From: Pyrodictiaceae archaeon
Lineage (GTDB): Archaea; Thermoproteota; Thermoprotei_A; Sulfolobales; Pyrodictiaceae
Assembly (NCBI GenBank): GCA_027036135.1
Contig: JALVSY010000007.1
Location: 68,880-132,879 of the forward strand
Reading direction: 5' to 3'
DNA length: 64,000 nucleotides
A program made the translations under genes and the position numbers. Below are positions 1 through 10,114 of this stretch, one piece after another (the first letter of the stretch is position 1; each line of letters starts with the position of its first letter). Under the pieces are notes generated by a model. It did not search any database, was not told the DNA's origin, and was given only the letters and a program-made list of their open reading frames with translations.

Positions 1-82
1 AGCCCGTACCCCTTATAGATAATAGGGGTCTCTGCCCAGCCCGATAAACAGTCATACATGTATCAACGATGGGGAAAAGGCG

Positions 83-232
83 TTGCAGACAACGGCGCGC
101 AGAAAGAGGCTAAGAGAGCTACTAGAGAGAGCCTTTGCCAACATGGATGTCTCCGAGGAGGAGTGGGTCAGGGCAGTGAGGAGACGCCCGACGAGAGATA
201 ATGAGGCACATAGTTATCTCCCCAGAGGGTGA
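83..232 (+). pseudogene. Remnant of a VapB-type antitoxin (C-terminal part)
   Basis: Reads LQTTARRKRLRELLERAFANMDVSEEEWVRAVR; a one-base shift gives a typical antitoxin ending (..ETPDER*) followed by an overlapping ATG, but no toxin ORF follows. Confidence 0.4.
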
Positions 233-543
233 GGGCATTGCCACTGGTCCTTGATCTACTCGGACTCGTTGGCGGCATCGGGCTAGTAATTGCCGCGCTT
301 GCAGAGATAGCTGGAGCGCTCCTTAGGGGTAGACCTACTAGCTTGCTAAAACCACTACTGTTGCTCGTCTTCGGGGTACTCATGGCTCTTGATTATGGCG
401 TTAGGTTGTTCGGTGCCAGTGTACCCGGGGCTTTCCACGCGGTAATCGGTGTTGCGGTATTCATTGACTCCTTGGCGCTGATCGCGCTATACCTGGGGCG
501 TGGGAGGATGCGTGCTAGGGAGGCTGTGGAGGCGGCTCGCTGA
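229..543 (+). CDS. Small membrane protein, 3 predicted TM helices
   Basis: 104 aa ORF with three hydrophobic segments. Confidence 0.65.
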   Translation: MRALPLVLDLLGLVGGIGLVIAALAEIAGALLRGRPTSLLKPLLLLVFGVLMALDYGVRLFGASVPGAFHAVIGVAVFIDSLALIALYLGRGRMRAREAVEAAR

Positions 544-591
544 GAAGGAGCACAAGTGCTCCTAAGGGGGGACGTGTTCTCTGTGGTCTCC

Positions 592-1308
592 TTAGTCTAG
601 GTTTATTGTTATTGCTCCGGCGTAGCTTACCTTTATCTCGTCGCCGACTAGTATTGGGTTTACCTTGTAGGCGTATAGCTCTAGGCCCGCTTGGTGGCTT
701 TTTAGTAGCTTTGCGAGCCCGGGGTCTATGGCGCGGTTTGGTCTCAGGGTGTGGGCGTCGCTTCGTAGCACGGTGAACACTATTGCTGCTCTCGCACCGC
801 TACGCGTAGCAGCTATCAATGCCTCTACCTGTCGCCTAGCCCTCGTGCTGGGTGCGTCGGCGGGGAAGAGAGCTACCCCGTTCTCCACTAGGTTGGTCGA
901 CTTGACCTCTATGAGCACTGGCCTGCCCTCCCTGTCAACCGAGACGAAGTCGACACGTGTACCATTGATCCATTTCTCCGCTGCAAGGTCCCCCGTGAGC
1001 CCGGGTACGAGGAGCGGGGCTACCATGGGGAACAACTTGTTACCGAGCCTCGTGTCCTCGAGCACGAGCACGCCGCCGGGGCTACGCACAGCCACAACGT
1101 CGCAACTGGTGCGGCGGCCAGGCCTCCAAGCCCACCGATAAAACACCTCGGCACCCGGTCTCAGCAGGTGCCGGAGCCTACCCGGGTCATGCAAGTGGCA
1201 AGCCTGGGTCCCCTCAGCGTCGCTGAGCAACACGGTGAACCTCGAGGGCCTAGAAAGGTACCTAGCCCTCCTCACACCTCGGATGACCAAGAGCTCCAAG
1301 AAGAGCAC
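592..1308 (-). CDS. sfsA: DNA/RNA nuclease SfsA
   Basis: RPSRF, HLHDPGRL, RVDF..IEVKS, ALFPADAPSTRARRQ motifs. Confidence 0.9.
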   Translation of the reverse strand: MLFLELLVIRGVRRARYLSRPSRFTVLLSDAEGTQACHLHDPGRLRHLLRPGAEVFYRWAWRPGRRTSCDVVAVRSPGGVLVLEDTRLGNKLFPMVAPLLVPGLTGDLAAEKWINGTRVDFVSVDREGRPVLIEVKSTNLVENGVALFPADAPSTRARRQVEALIAATRSGARAAIVFTVLRSDAHTLRPNRAIDPGLAKLLKSHQAGLELYAYKVNPILVGDEIKVSYAGAITINLD

Positions 1309-1401
1309 CCGGAGATATGGGACTTGTTGGCCTCATACAGGCTATACAAGCCTAGTAGTGACTAGTAGTGATTAATACGTCTCGGATATCTATTCCTGGG
1401 T

Positions 1402-1851
1402 TCATGGGAGAACCCTTAGCCATGGTATTCGTTTAAAGTCTTCGTCGAAGGTGAACATCGTGTCTATGCCGTAGTGGCGAGCCGTTATAGCTATCAATGC
1501 GTCTCCGGGGAGAAGATTGTACCTGGCCATAACTTCTAGGAGTTCTTTGAGACTACCCTTATCCTCTAGGACAAGTATCCCTAGCTCCTCTATTAGCTCC
1601 CTGACATCCCTTAGGGCGTCACTGAACTCGCCTATGCCGTGTCTCCTTATATAGCTACGTAGCTGGTCAAGCCTCCTAATACCATGTCTTCTCAGTGCCT
1701 CGAGCCTTATGAGGGTAAAGATTGTCTCGTCGATTATTCTGAGCGTTACTGCGAAATCCTCATGACTGATGAGTACTTGTTTCACCCTGGATGCGTAGGG
1801 CTCGACCCGGTGAAGATAGTAGACAATAGCATTTGTATCTAGGAGTATCAC
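1402..1851 (-). CDS. vapC: VapC PIN-domain toxin
   Basis: ILLDTN start, LLPGDALIA, TFDEDF. Confidence 0.9.
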   Translation of the reverse strand: MILLDTNAIVYYLHRVEPYASRVKQVLISHEDFAVTLRIIDETIFTLIRLEALRRHGIRRLDQLRSYIRRHGIGEFSDALRDVRELIEELGILVLEDKGSLKELLEVMARYNLLPGDALIAITARHYGIDTMFTFDEDFKRIPWLRVLP

Positions 1852-2054
1852 TGGGCCTCTGCCTCTAACATGAACTCGTCAAGAAGCTCCTTCGGCGCAG
1901 AGCCACGCTTCCCATAAAACTTCTCAACAATCCTCCTCCTGTCAGCTGGTCTCTCTATTCTAACCAATACCTCCTCTCCCTCTCGAAGCTCAAGAGGCTC
2001 CAGAGGCTTTAGTACGCCCTTTTCGTATCTAGCCCTAACGAGCCTAGGCAACAC
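1848..2054 (-). CDS. DUF104/AF2212-like antitoxin
   Basis: ARYEKGVLKPLEPLELREGEEV; 4-nt overlap with vapC. Confidence 0.88.
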   Translation of the reverse strand: MLPRLVRARYEKGVLKPLEPLELREGEEVLVRIERPADRRRIVEKFYGKRGSAPKELLDEFMLEAEAQ

Positions 2055-2165
2055 TAAGCATCCCAGACTACACAGTTAGCTCCTCAACCGATATACATTT
2101 GCACCAGGGCACATCGTCTCCCAGGGCTTGTGGCTCAAAGCCCTGGGAGAGAACAAGATAGGAGT

Positions 2166-2477
2166 CTATTGCTTCCTGCATAGCACCTTCCCCTCTCGGA
2201 GCATCTCCGCGAAGAGGGGGTCCCGTGTCTCGTCACTGTGTAGTACTATGAGGTCTAGGGGGAACGATCGCTTCCTCAGCTTCCTCAGCCTCTCAGAGGC
2301 CTCGAGCTTATCGATGCCCGGCGGCACCACGACCACTACGTCGTAGTCGCTGTAGGGCAGGTGATCCCCGCGCGCACGTGAGCCGACGAGATAGGCCTCT
2401 AGAACCATATCCTCCTGGCATAACCTCTCCACGTACTCCCTGAACGCCTCCTCCCACTCCGAGAGACGCCTAGCCAT
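2166..2477 (-). CDS. Minimal nucleotidyltransferase (MNT)
   Basis: LVGSRARGDHLPYSDYDVVVV motif; start set at ATG 2477. Confidence 0.88.
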   Translation of the reverse strand: MARRLSEWEEAFREYVERLCQEDMVLEAYLVGSRARGDHLPYSDYDVVVVVPPGIDKLEASERLRKLRKRSFPLDLIVLHSDETRDPLFAEMLREGKVLCRKQ

Positions 2478-2490
2478 TACCCGGTACAGG

Positions 2491-2898
2491 CTAGGGGTCG
2501 ACAACCCTCTCAACCCACTCCACAATAGCCCTTGCCTGCCGAATACACCTCTCCGCCCTCTTATCGTTGTACGTGAGCGGCTTCCTCCCGGGATACCTCG
2601 CAAGAGTATAGTGGGGTGTCAACGCGTCCCCATATACTCTCAGCTCGTCTGGTACGCTTATCCCGAGAGACTCCAGTGCTTCCAGCAACTCTACGAGGTC
2701 ATGTGTATAGGGATGGGCACCACTAAGAGCAACTAGGAGAGCCTTGAGATATAGCTCAGCAGCCTGCTGTGCTTCAAAGCACACAAGCCAATAGTAGCCA
2801 AGGCCACGATGCCTCTCAGCCTCCTCTAGGAATACACGAGCCTTCTCCACCCACTCACTGGGCAAGCGTTTACCCACTGGCCCTAAGCACCGAGTCAT
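2491..2898 (-). CDS. HEPN domain protein (HEPN-MNT pair)
   Basis: FEAQQAAELYLKA, THDLVELL, YTLARYP. Confidence 0.88.
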   Translation of the reverse strand: MTRCLGPVGKRLPSEWVEKARVFLEEAERHRGLGYYWLVCFEAQQAAELYLKALLVALSGAHPYTHDLVELLEALESLGISVPDELRVYGDALTPHYTLARYPGRKPLTYNDKRAERCIRQARAIVEWVERVVDP

Positions 2899-3075
2899 AG
2901 ACTAGATGATATTTGCCTCGTAAAAAACTGAGCCACTAGCCCTAGAAGAACCCTTAGCGAAATGACTTTGTAGAGCAACAAGAGGGCTTAGGAAGCCGAA
3001 ATTTAAAGAACGTATCTCTGCTAGCAGAGCTTAACGGGTCCGGATAAGCTCCCTATCTTAGAGAGGAAACCATCG

Positions 3076-3426
3076 ATGTCTAGCCGGGATCTCGAGGAGA
3101 GGTTGCTTAGTTATCTACGGGATCACCCGGGTAGTGGGCCCAGGGAGATTGCTGATGCTCTTGGTGAGCCCTTGCAGAGGATAAGGGTGGCCTTGGCCCG
3201 GTTGCGCGATAAGGGCCTCGTGGCCCGGGGCGAGGAGGGTAGGTACTACGCGGTGGCTCACCTCGTTAGGGGTGTTGGTAGGGGGGATGTCCGGAGGGAG
3301 CGGCCGAGGAGGCTGTCGCCGGATCTTGAGGCATTGTTTGTGGAGCTTGAGGAGCTACGGGCGAGGCTGCGGGAGCTAGAGGCTAGGGTTAGGAGGCTAG
3401 AGGAGCGCTGCGGCTCCGGGGAATAG
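3076..3426 (+). CDS. Winged-HTH transcriptional regulator with C-terminal coiled coil
   Basis: GPREIADALG..IRVALARLRDKGLV, then heptad LEELRARLRELEARVRRLEE. Confidence 0.75.
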   Translation: MSSRDLEERLLSYLRDHPGSGPREIADALGEPLQRIRVALARLRDKGLVARGEEGRYYAVAHLVRGVGRGDVRRERPRRLSPDLEALFVELEELRARLRELEARVRRLEERCGSGE

Positions 3427-3565
3427 GCTAGGACGGATCATGTTCCCTAGCTATGCGACTAGTAGCGTGTTCTTGGCTTCGGTAATAGATTTGACTACCT
3501 TATAGTGATCCTTAGCTATATCAGGAATAGAATAGAGGGCCAGGGAGCAAGAGAAGTGTAATTTT

Positions 3566-4036
3566 CTAGCTCCTGCCTTGTAGCACTGCTGCTACCCGCG
3601 GGGTTACTAGCTCTAGTAGTTCTCCTTGGCCCCTGGCTAGCTCTTCTGCCTCTACTAGGGCGTAGCCCCCAGCCTTGATCTTGATGGCTCCGCCTCCTAT
3701 TATGCAGGAGACTATTAGCTCTATGCTGGGGGCATGGCCTACGAACACTGTCTCTGGCTCGGGGCCTAGCTCTTCTAGGGCCTCGCAGCTAGCAATGCCG
3801 GGGCTTAGCTGCTCCACCACCCTTACCTCGCCGCCCCTTATCCTTGAGACTATCTCCGCTGTCTCCCTCGCGCGGCGTAGCGGGCTAGTATAGATGACCC
3901 TGGGCATGAAGGGTATCAGCTTAGCCATGGCGGCGACGTCGTTGCGCCCCTCCTCTGTGAGCCACCTGTCCTCGTCGCTACCAGCAACGCTAGCCGGGAC
4001 GGCCTTGCCATGCCTCATGAACACGTAGAGACCCAT
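3566..4036 (-). CDS. sixA: SixA-family histidine phosphatase
   Basis: MRHGKA, LTEEG, TSPLRRARETA, VGHAP. Confidence 0.85.
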   Translation of the reverse strand: MGLYVFMRHGKAVPASVAGSDEDRWLTEEGRNDVAAMAKLIPFMPRVIYTSPLRRARETAEIVSRIRGGEVRVVEQLSPGIASCEALEELGPEPETVFVGHAPSIELIVSCIIGGGAIKIKAGGYALVEAEELARGQGELLELVTPRVAAVLQGRS

Positions 4037-4169
4037 GCCGCTGGGCACCCCCAGGGAAGAAAACACCCAGGGGGGAGGAGAGATAACAGTAATGTCTGAG
4101 CATAGAGATGCATAGCGCTTTGCCTTATCCTTCCCGTGTCTTAGGAGATTGTTAGAATAGTGCTGCCCT

Positions 4170-4706
4170 CTATGCTCTCTTCTTGGGCGGTCTCGAGCCC
4201 AGCGCCTTGGCCAAGCAGCGGGGGCTCAGGTTAAAGGCTGGTACTTCTCTGCGATACCTCTCGTACTCCTCGCCGAATCTCGCGAGGCTCTCCTTCTCGT
4301 CGAGCACCACCGCTAGGACGAGCACAGCAATCATCTCGGCTAAGCCGAGCAATATGGAGCACCAAGTAGCAGCGAGGAGGCCAACGGATAGGGGGAAGAG
4401 GGAGAGGAAGAGGTGCATAGGATGCCTCATACACGAGTAAGGCCCCTCCCTAACAAGCCTAGTGGGCTCAGCGGGGCCCCTGCCCCGCTTAACGGGGTTA
4501 CCATAGACTGCTAGGTAGCGGCCAGTAACAGCAGCACCCCGGAGAGATAAGAGAAGCAACGCTACGCCAACTAGGCGCACTACCGGGCTATGCCCCGGGG
4601 AGGGCCCGAGGAACCCACAGGCAATGACCACGAGTATCATTAGGAGCCAGGCTAGGCCCCTCACCCGGTTACTAATCACCCTACCGCTCATGTTCCCTGG
4701 ACTCAA
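4170..4706 (-). CDS. Isoprenylcysteine carboxyl methyltransferase / PEMT-family membrane protein
   Basis: LVREGPYSCMRHPMH, EKESLARFGEEYERYRREVP. Confidence 0.8.
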   Translation of the reverse strand: MSPGNMSGRVISNRVRGLAWLLMILVVIACGFLGPSPGHSPVVRLVGVALLLLSLRGAAVTGRYLAVYGNPVKRGRGPAEPTRLVREGPYSCMRHPMHLFLSLFPLSVGLLAATWCSILLGLAEMIAVLVLAVVLDEKESLARFGEEYERYRREVPAFNLSPRCLAKALGSRPPKKRA

Positions 4707-4808
4707 CGTTGAATACCCCTCCTAGGCGAATTATTTCTACAGCATTGCTGAAAACATCTACAATGTTATTGACCGACTACTCCAGTCCTAAAGACCATAT
4801 CTTACAAC

Positions 4809-5033
4809 CTAGTGAGTCTCCTTCTCTAATTTTCCTCCTTGGATTGTTTCGAGGTAGAGTTCTATGGCCTCCCTGATATTCTTCATTACCTCGTCTAGGC
4901 TGTCTCCCTGCGTATGGCATCCAGGAAGCTCCGGTACAATTGCTATATAGCCCCCGGTCTCGTCCTCCAGTACGACTACGCTGAACTCGTGTACCTTCCT
5001 CGTCACGAGTATAACACCCTTTTTGTCTAGCAC
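4809..5033 (-). CDS. hicB: HicB-family antitoxin (orphan)
   Basis: EDETGGYIAIVPELPGCHTQGDSLDEVMKNIREAIELYL; no HicA ORF adjacent. Confidence 0.82.
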   Translation of the reverse strand: MLDKKGVILVTRKVHEFSVVVLEDETGGYIAIVPELPGCHTQGDSLDEVMKNIREAIELYLETIQGGKLEKETH

Positions 5034-5227
5034 TCCCTTGTTGTCTTATAATTGTTCACATGCTTCTTGCCTGACTATATACTATTTATCCCGGTTATTC
5101 AGGTTTGTAGCCTAGTTACATTGTTCCCGAGAGATAGCTCAGCTATATGCATGGTGTTGTTTAATGATGTGCTTAATAGGGGAGACATGTCCTCTTACTG
5201 GGTAGCCTAGAAGGTTTCCTAGTCATT

Positions 5228-5802
5228 GGTGAGAGGAAGCCCCGTATCCTAATCCTTGGAGGCGATGCAGCAGAGGCTCTCGAGATACTCTACCTGTTTC
5301 TCGTTGCTCGAGGAGGACTGGGAGGTAGAGATAGCTGCCCCAAGCAAGGACGTGATAAAGACTGTTGTGCACGACTTCGAGCCCGGGTGGGCCACCTATA
5401 CCGAGAAGCTTAGTTATCGCTGGAAACCGGACAAGTCATTCAGAGAGGTCAACCCCGGGGAGTACGATGGCCTCGTCATACCTGGTGGGAGGCTCCCAGA
5501 ATACATTAGGCTAGACGAGGACATGAAGAGGATAGTCGGGCACTTCCTTGAAACCAGTAAACCAGTTGCCGCTATCTGTCATGCACCCCTAGTACTCGTA
5601 GCCGTCGCGCCCGAGAAGCTACGCGGACGCACAATGACCAGCTACATAACCGTCAAGCCAGAGGTTGAGAACGTTGGAGCAAAATGGGTGGACAAGGAGG
5701 TAGTTGTTGACGGGGAACCTTGTCACGAGCAGGGCTTGGCCAGACAACCCGGCCTGAATGAGAGAGTTCAAGAAACTAGTCAAGGAGAGACTAAGTTCCT
5801 AG
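5228..5802 (+). pseudogene. DJ-1/PfpI family peptidase, disrupted
   Basis: ILILGGDAAEALE, frameshift near 5300, YDGLVIPGG..AAICHAP..VVVDG, frameshift near 5715, NLVTSRAWPDNPA then in-frame TGA. Confidence 0.8.
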
Positions 5803-6175
5803 TCCACGATAAACCTCTTAGTAAAACCATATTTTCGCTTGGTCTTTTCCACGTCCCTCATGCTAGCCATGTTAATTAAGTCCACCAAAGTACAAGTACG
5901 TAGACTGTAAAATAAGTGAATAACACTAGCTTCTCCTCCGGGAGGCACCTTCACTATAGCTCTTAATCAAAAATTAATAGAATGGTAAGAGGAGAAATGA
6001 AACTTCCTCAGACCGTCTGATTTCCTGGATCGATCCATTTTATCGGATTACGGGAAACTATTAGGCAATATTATAAAAACTACATTACATCGGCACGCAT
6101 CGAGTAGCGGGTCCTCAAAGCACCCTATCACACTTTAGGACCAGATGGTGGAACTCGTATTAGGGTGATAACGTC

Positions 6176-6559
6176 GTGAGCTATGAGGAGGCCGAGGTTC
6201 TAAGGGAAAGAGCAGAAGCCTTCTTAGAGAATGCTAGGAGATTATTTAGAGAGGGTAAATACGACTTAGCTGCGTTTAGTATTGAGCAATATTGCCAACT
6301 GATTCTTAAATACAAACTATTAGTGAAAGTAGACACTTACCCGCGAACCAATTCTTTGACGAGGCTTATAAGAGAGCTTGCTAGGATTAGTAAGAACGTT
6401 GAAGAGCTACTTAGACCCGAGAATGTCCTCATGATCACGAGGATCGAGGATGCATACATAGGGGCTAGATACCTGCCTAGGAGGTATCTTAGAGAAGAGG
6501 TTGAAGCTATGCTTGAGTTCGTTGAAAGGGTGTTCAAAAATGTTATCGACAGAGCTTAG
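6176..6559 (+). CDS. HEPN domain protein
   Basis: YDLAAFSIEQYCQLILK, AYIGARYLP. Confidence 0.88.
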   Translation: MSYEEAEVLRERAEAFLENARRLFREGKYDLAAFSIEQYCQLILKYKLLVKVDTYPRTNSLTRLIRELARISKNVEELLRPENVLMITRIEDAYIGARYLPRRYLREEVEAMLEFVERVFKNVIDRA

Positions 6560-6893
6560 CATCTTTATAGAGGAAGCTATCAAGTATCGCAGGTACTTTG
6601 AGAACCCAGTTGAGCTAGGCAATAAAGTCAAAGAAATCATTTCGAAATATGTCAGAAATGTAGAGGTTTATGTCTTTGGATCCGTTGTCCGCGGCAGATA
6701 CACTGCCTCAAGCGACATAGATATCCTCGTTGTAACACCTATAAAGCTTAGTAAAGAGGACATATATAGATTAAAGACAGAGGTTATTACAAGCCTTGAT
6801 GCCCCATTAGAACTCCACATAGTGTCGCGAGACGAGTTTGAGAACTGGTACAAGAGATTCATAGGCAAAGATGAGTTAGTTAAGATACCCTAG
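6540..6893 (+). CDS. Minimal nucleotidyltransferase (MNT)
   Basis: VYVFGSVVRGRYTASSDIDILVV. Confidence 0.88.
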   Translation: MLSTELSIFIEEAIKYRRYFENPVELGNKVKEIISKYVRNVEVYVFGSVVRGRYTASSDIDILVVTPIKLSKEDIYRLKTEVITSLDAPLELHIVSRDEFENWYKRFIGKDELVKIP

Positions 6894-6965
6894 CTAGACA
6901 ACGATACATTAATGAGTAGAGAGCACTAAGGCGGCAGCCCCGTAATAAGGCTAGGTCTATGGAGT

Positions 6966-8267
6966 TTACGGGTATAGGCGGTCGCGGAACCTTGGGAACG
7001 GTATTGTGTCCCTTATGTGGTCCGCGCCGGTTATCCACATGAGGTACCTCTCTACTCCTAGCCCGAAGCCGCTGTGGGGCACGCTGCCGTAGCGCCGGAG
7101 GTCTAGGTACCACTCGTAGTCCCTTGGGTCTAGGCCGTGCATCTTTATGTGCTGTACGAGCTTCTCGTAGTCGTCTTCGCGCTCGCTCCCGCCGACGATC
7201 TCGCCTACGCCTGGTACTAGTAGGTCGAATGCCCTTGCGCGGTCGGGTCTCTCTGGGTCCTCCTTCATGTAGAACGCCTTGATCTTTAATGGGAAGAATG
7301 TTATGAAGAACGGTGTATCGTAGTCTTCTCCTAGGGCTCGTTCCTCGTCTGCGCCGAAGTCGTCCCCGAAGGCTACGTCGAAGCCCTTTTTCTGCAGCCT
7401 AGCGATTGCCTCGTCGTAGTCTAGCCTGGGGTACGGCGTCTTGGTTGCTGGCTCTAGTCTCTCTGGTTTCTGTCTTAGCTGCTCGAGCTCCTCGAGCCTC
7501 TCGTCCAGTATCTTCTTGGTAGCGTAGGCTACTAGTTCCTCAACGGTCCTCATCTCGTCCTCCATCCGTGCCCAGGCCTCCTCTGCCTCGAGGTGCCAGT
7601 ACTCGTAGAGGTGCCTCCTCGTCCTGCTACGCTCCGCCCTGAAGCTAGGCGTGAGGCTCCATACCTTCTCTAGGCCATAGATGAGGGCCTCTAGGTATAG
7701 CTGGGCGCTCTGGCTGAGATAAGCGGTGTCGCCGAAGAAGTCTACCTTGAAGAGCGTTGCACCGCCCTCGACCGCCGCCTGTGTCAGTATGGGTGGGCTT
7801 ACCTCCCAGAACCCGTGCTTCTCGAAGTACTCCCGGAAGGCCTGGAGGGCTGTGTGCCTTATCCTCCATATTAGTGTGAGCTTCCTGCTCCGGATCCATA
7901 GGTGGCGGTTGTCGAGGAGATAGTCTATTCCCTCGCCGCCCTTTATCGGGAAATCATGGGACTCTCCCACGACTCTTAGCTTGTCCAATCTTAGCTCGAC
8001 GCCGCCGGGTGCACGGGGATCCCTAGCGACTACTCCCTCGGCCTCAATGCTAGCCTCTATATCTGCTCTCCTAGCTTCCTCCAATACTTCTCTCGGCGAG
8101 TGCTCCTCGGAGGCTACTAGTTGGAGAATACCCTCGGGGTCACGGAGGACTATGAACACCTTGCTACCGAGGTCGCGGTAGCGGTAAACCCAGCCCCTTA
8201 CCCTTGCCCGCTGACCAGGCTCGAGGCCAAGAACCTCGCGGGTATAGAGGTAACCGTCGCGTGGCAT
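6966..8267 (-). CDS. asnS: Asparagine--tRNA ligase
   Basis: OB-fold N-terminus, LDNRHLWIRS, YLSQSAQLYLE, FRAERSRTRRHL, GSVPHSGFGLGVER. Confidence 0.92.
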   Translation of the reverse strand: MPRDGYLYTREVLGLEPGQRARVRGWVYRYRDLGSKVFIVLRDPEGILQLVASEEHSPREVLEEARRADIEASIEAEGVVARDPRAPGGVELRLDKLRVVGESHDFPIKGGEGIDYLLDNRHLWIRSRKLTLIWRIRHTALQAFREYFEKHGFWEVSPPILTQAAVEGGATLFKVDFFGDTAYLSQSAQLYLEALIYGLEKVWSLTPSFRAERSRTRRHLYEYWHLEAEEAWARMEDEMRTVEELVAYATKKILDERLEELEQLRQKPERLEPATKTPYPRLDYDEAIARLQKKGFDVAFGDDFGADEERALGEDYDTPFFITFFPLKIKAFYMKEDPERPDRARAFDLLVPGVGEIVGGSEREDDYEKLVQHIKMHGLDPRDYEWYLDLRRYGSVPHSGFGLGVERYLMWITGADHIRDTIPFPRFRDRLYP

Positions 8268-8349
8268 TAGAGAATCCTCCCCGGAGAGCTTCGTACCATT
8301 CCGGCTCCTATGTCTCCTAGCCAGCTTGGCTCCTCTTATATAGGGTTAT

Positions 8350-8410
8350 GGGCTCGGCGGGAATAACCGCTTCATCACATAGCTCAGCTGCCTGACGCTC
8401 TTCACGGCCC
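8350..8410 (-). ncRNA. C/D-box 2'-O-methylation guide sRNA
   Basis: Minus strand: gggcc GTGAAGA(C) gcgtcaggcag CTGA(D') gctat GTGATGA(C') agcggttattcccg CCGA(D) gccc; terminal gggc/gccc stem and canonical spacing. Confidence 0.72.
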
Positions 8411-8491
8411 TGGGTAGTATCTCCGCGGCCCGCTCCAGTATATCGGTCTCCCACAGACATCCTCCACGTTCATCGTGCCGTCCTCTATTCC

Positions 8492-8791
8492 TCATCGTAG
8501 CTCCTCGAGGTACGTTATCCAGGGCTTTGCCTGCATATAGGCTATGAGGGGGAAGAGTAGCGCGAACCCTATGAACACGAGGAGGAAGACGGCGAAGACG
8601 CCGCCGAACGGCCCCGTTACGGGGAACGAGGCAGCGATAGCAACACCCATGAGGGCTATGATGAGCGCTATTCCCGCGCTGAGATAGATGCTCCTCTTCG
8701 CCGAGCTAATAGCGGCGTTGAGTGCAGCGATAGCCGCCTCGCGGTCACATGGAAGCGTTACCACGAAGCCCCCGGGGAACCACCAGGACAA
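8492..8791 (-). CDS. Two-TM membrane protein; frame continues past a TGA to 8402
   Basis: Two hydrophobic helices; in-frame GIEDGTMNVEDVCGRPIYWSGPRRYYPGP* follows the stop. Confidence 0.6.
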   Translation of the reverse strand: MSWWFPGGFVVTLPCDREAAIAALNAAISSAKRSIYLSAGIALIIALMGVAIAASFPVTGPFGGVFAVFLLVFIGFALLFPLIAYMQAKPWITYLEELR

Positions 8792-8978
8792 GGCTCAGCA
8801 GCTCCTCCTAGTGGACACGCGTAGAGGGCACGAGGCTAGCTATATGTCCTAGCCCTCTAGTAGCCAAGGTGCTTGATTCCATCAGTATCTATGTCCCCGG
8901 GTTCGCTTTGTGGACACGTGATGAGGCGTAGGGTATAAGTGTCCCACTTTTCGCCCCGTAGAGACTCGTAGGAGAGCC

Positions 8979-9335
8979 ATGCAGAGCCGCGATATATCCC
9001 GAGGCACGGGGGTCGTGGAGTTCTATACCCCGGGTAGGTACCCCGTTTCAGCTGCTAGGGCGCTGAGCATAGGAGCAGAGCTAGTGGACTCCATAGGGTT
9101 GCGCCACGAGTTGAGAGAGGTAACAATTGCCCCGGCTTGGTGGAGGAGGATATGCAGCTACACGAGGTACACCCGGTGCGCAGAGAAAGAGACAGGTAAC
9201 GGGCTACGGGTACTCGTAATAGTTGATTCCCATAGCGCTCTCCCGCCGCGTAGTGGAGCCGACCTCGTCTACCAAGTGGATACGAGGCGTGGCACCGTTC
9301 TACGCGTGGATAGTCTCAGGGCGCCGTGGCTCTGA
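8979..9335 (+). CDS. Hypothetical protein
   Basis: 118 aa ORF with ATG, upstream GGAGAG and TATA-like box. Confidence 0.55.
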   Translation: MQSRDISRGTGVVEFYTPGRYPVSAARALSIGAELVDSIGLRHELREVTIAPAWWRRICSYTRYTRCAEKETGNGLRVLVIVDSHSALPPRSGADLVYQVDTRRGTVLRVDSLRAPWL

Positions 9336-10032
9336 ACCCCCGTTTCTCTAGGCACTCTATCAGCGCCTTGGCTACGTGGTCGTAGTACCCGTTGGGGCCG
9401 AGCACGTAGCGGAAGAGCCTAGCTCCTCCGCCACGATAGATGCTCCTAACCTTGTCCCCGAGATCTATCGGCGATGGATACTGGTTCTCGGCGGCAAAGA
9501 CCTCGGATGGCTGCCGCGGCCTAGGCTCCGGGGACTCAGCTGGCCTCCCCACAGCGAGGCCCACGAGGGGAACCACGTGCAGGGGTAGGCCAAGCAAATC
9601 AGCTACCCTGCATGGATCAGCGTAGAGAGCGACGAAGACGATACCGTATCCCAGCTCCTCGGCTGCGAGAGCAGCCCAGCCCGAGGCTATCCCGACATCT
9701 ATAGCGGCTACGACGAAGTGCCCCAGCCCGGGCTGCGCGACGCTGACCCCTGCTCGGCGAGAAGCCTCCAAGAGCTTATGGTAATCAGCGCTGAAGACGA
9801 GGAAGACTGGTGCCTCTGCGACGTGCTCCTGGCCCCCCGTTATCTCGGCGAGGCTCCTCCGGAGCCCCTTATCCGTGACAGCTATCACGGTCACGGGCTG
9901 GAGATTCCACGAGCTAGGAGCCCTCCTAGCAGCCTCAAGTATCCTCTCCAAGTCCTCTCGGGGCACTGGCTCGTCTCTGAACTTCCTAATACTAACGTGC
10001 CTCGATATGGTCTCGAGACAGCTAGGCGACAA
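9316..10032 (-). CDS. Nitroreductase (NfsA/FRP family)
   Basis: HVSIRKF, APSSWNLQP, GQEHVAEAPVFLVFSAD. Confidence 0.9.
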   Translation of the reverse strand: MSPSCLETISRHVSIRKFRDEPVPREDLERILEAARRAPSSWNLQPVTVIAVTDKGLRRSLAEITGGQEHVAEAPVFLVFSADYHKLLEASRRAGVSVAQPGLGHFVVAAIDVGIASGWAALAAEELGYGIVFVALYADPCRVADLLGLPLHVVPLVGLAVGRPAESPEPRPRQPSEVFAAENQYPSPIDLGDKVRSIYRGGGARLFRYVLGPNGYYDHVAKALIECLEKRGFRATAP

Positions 10033-10114
10033 GGCAAACCATCCCTGGAATTGCTAGGGAGCCGGGAACTTTATACATCAGCCCCATGAAGCACCGTGAA
10101 TAAAGCAACCAGGA

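Noticed and set aside
8918-8960. GTGATGA C-box-like motif
   Set aside because: No D box at suitable spacing; it lies in a promoter region
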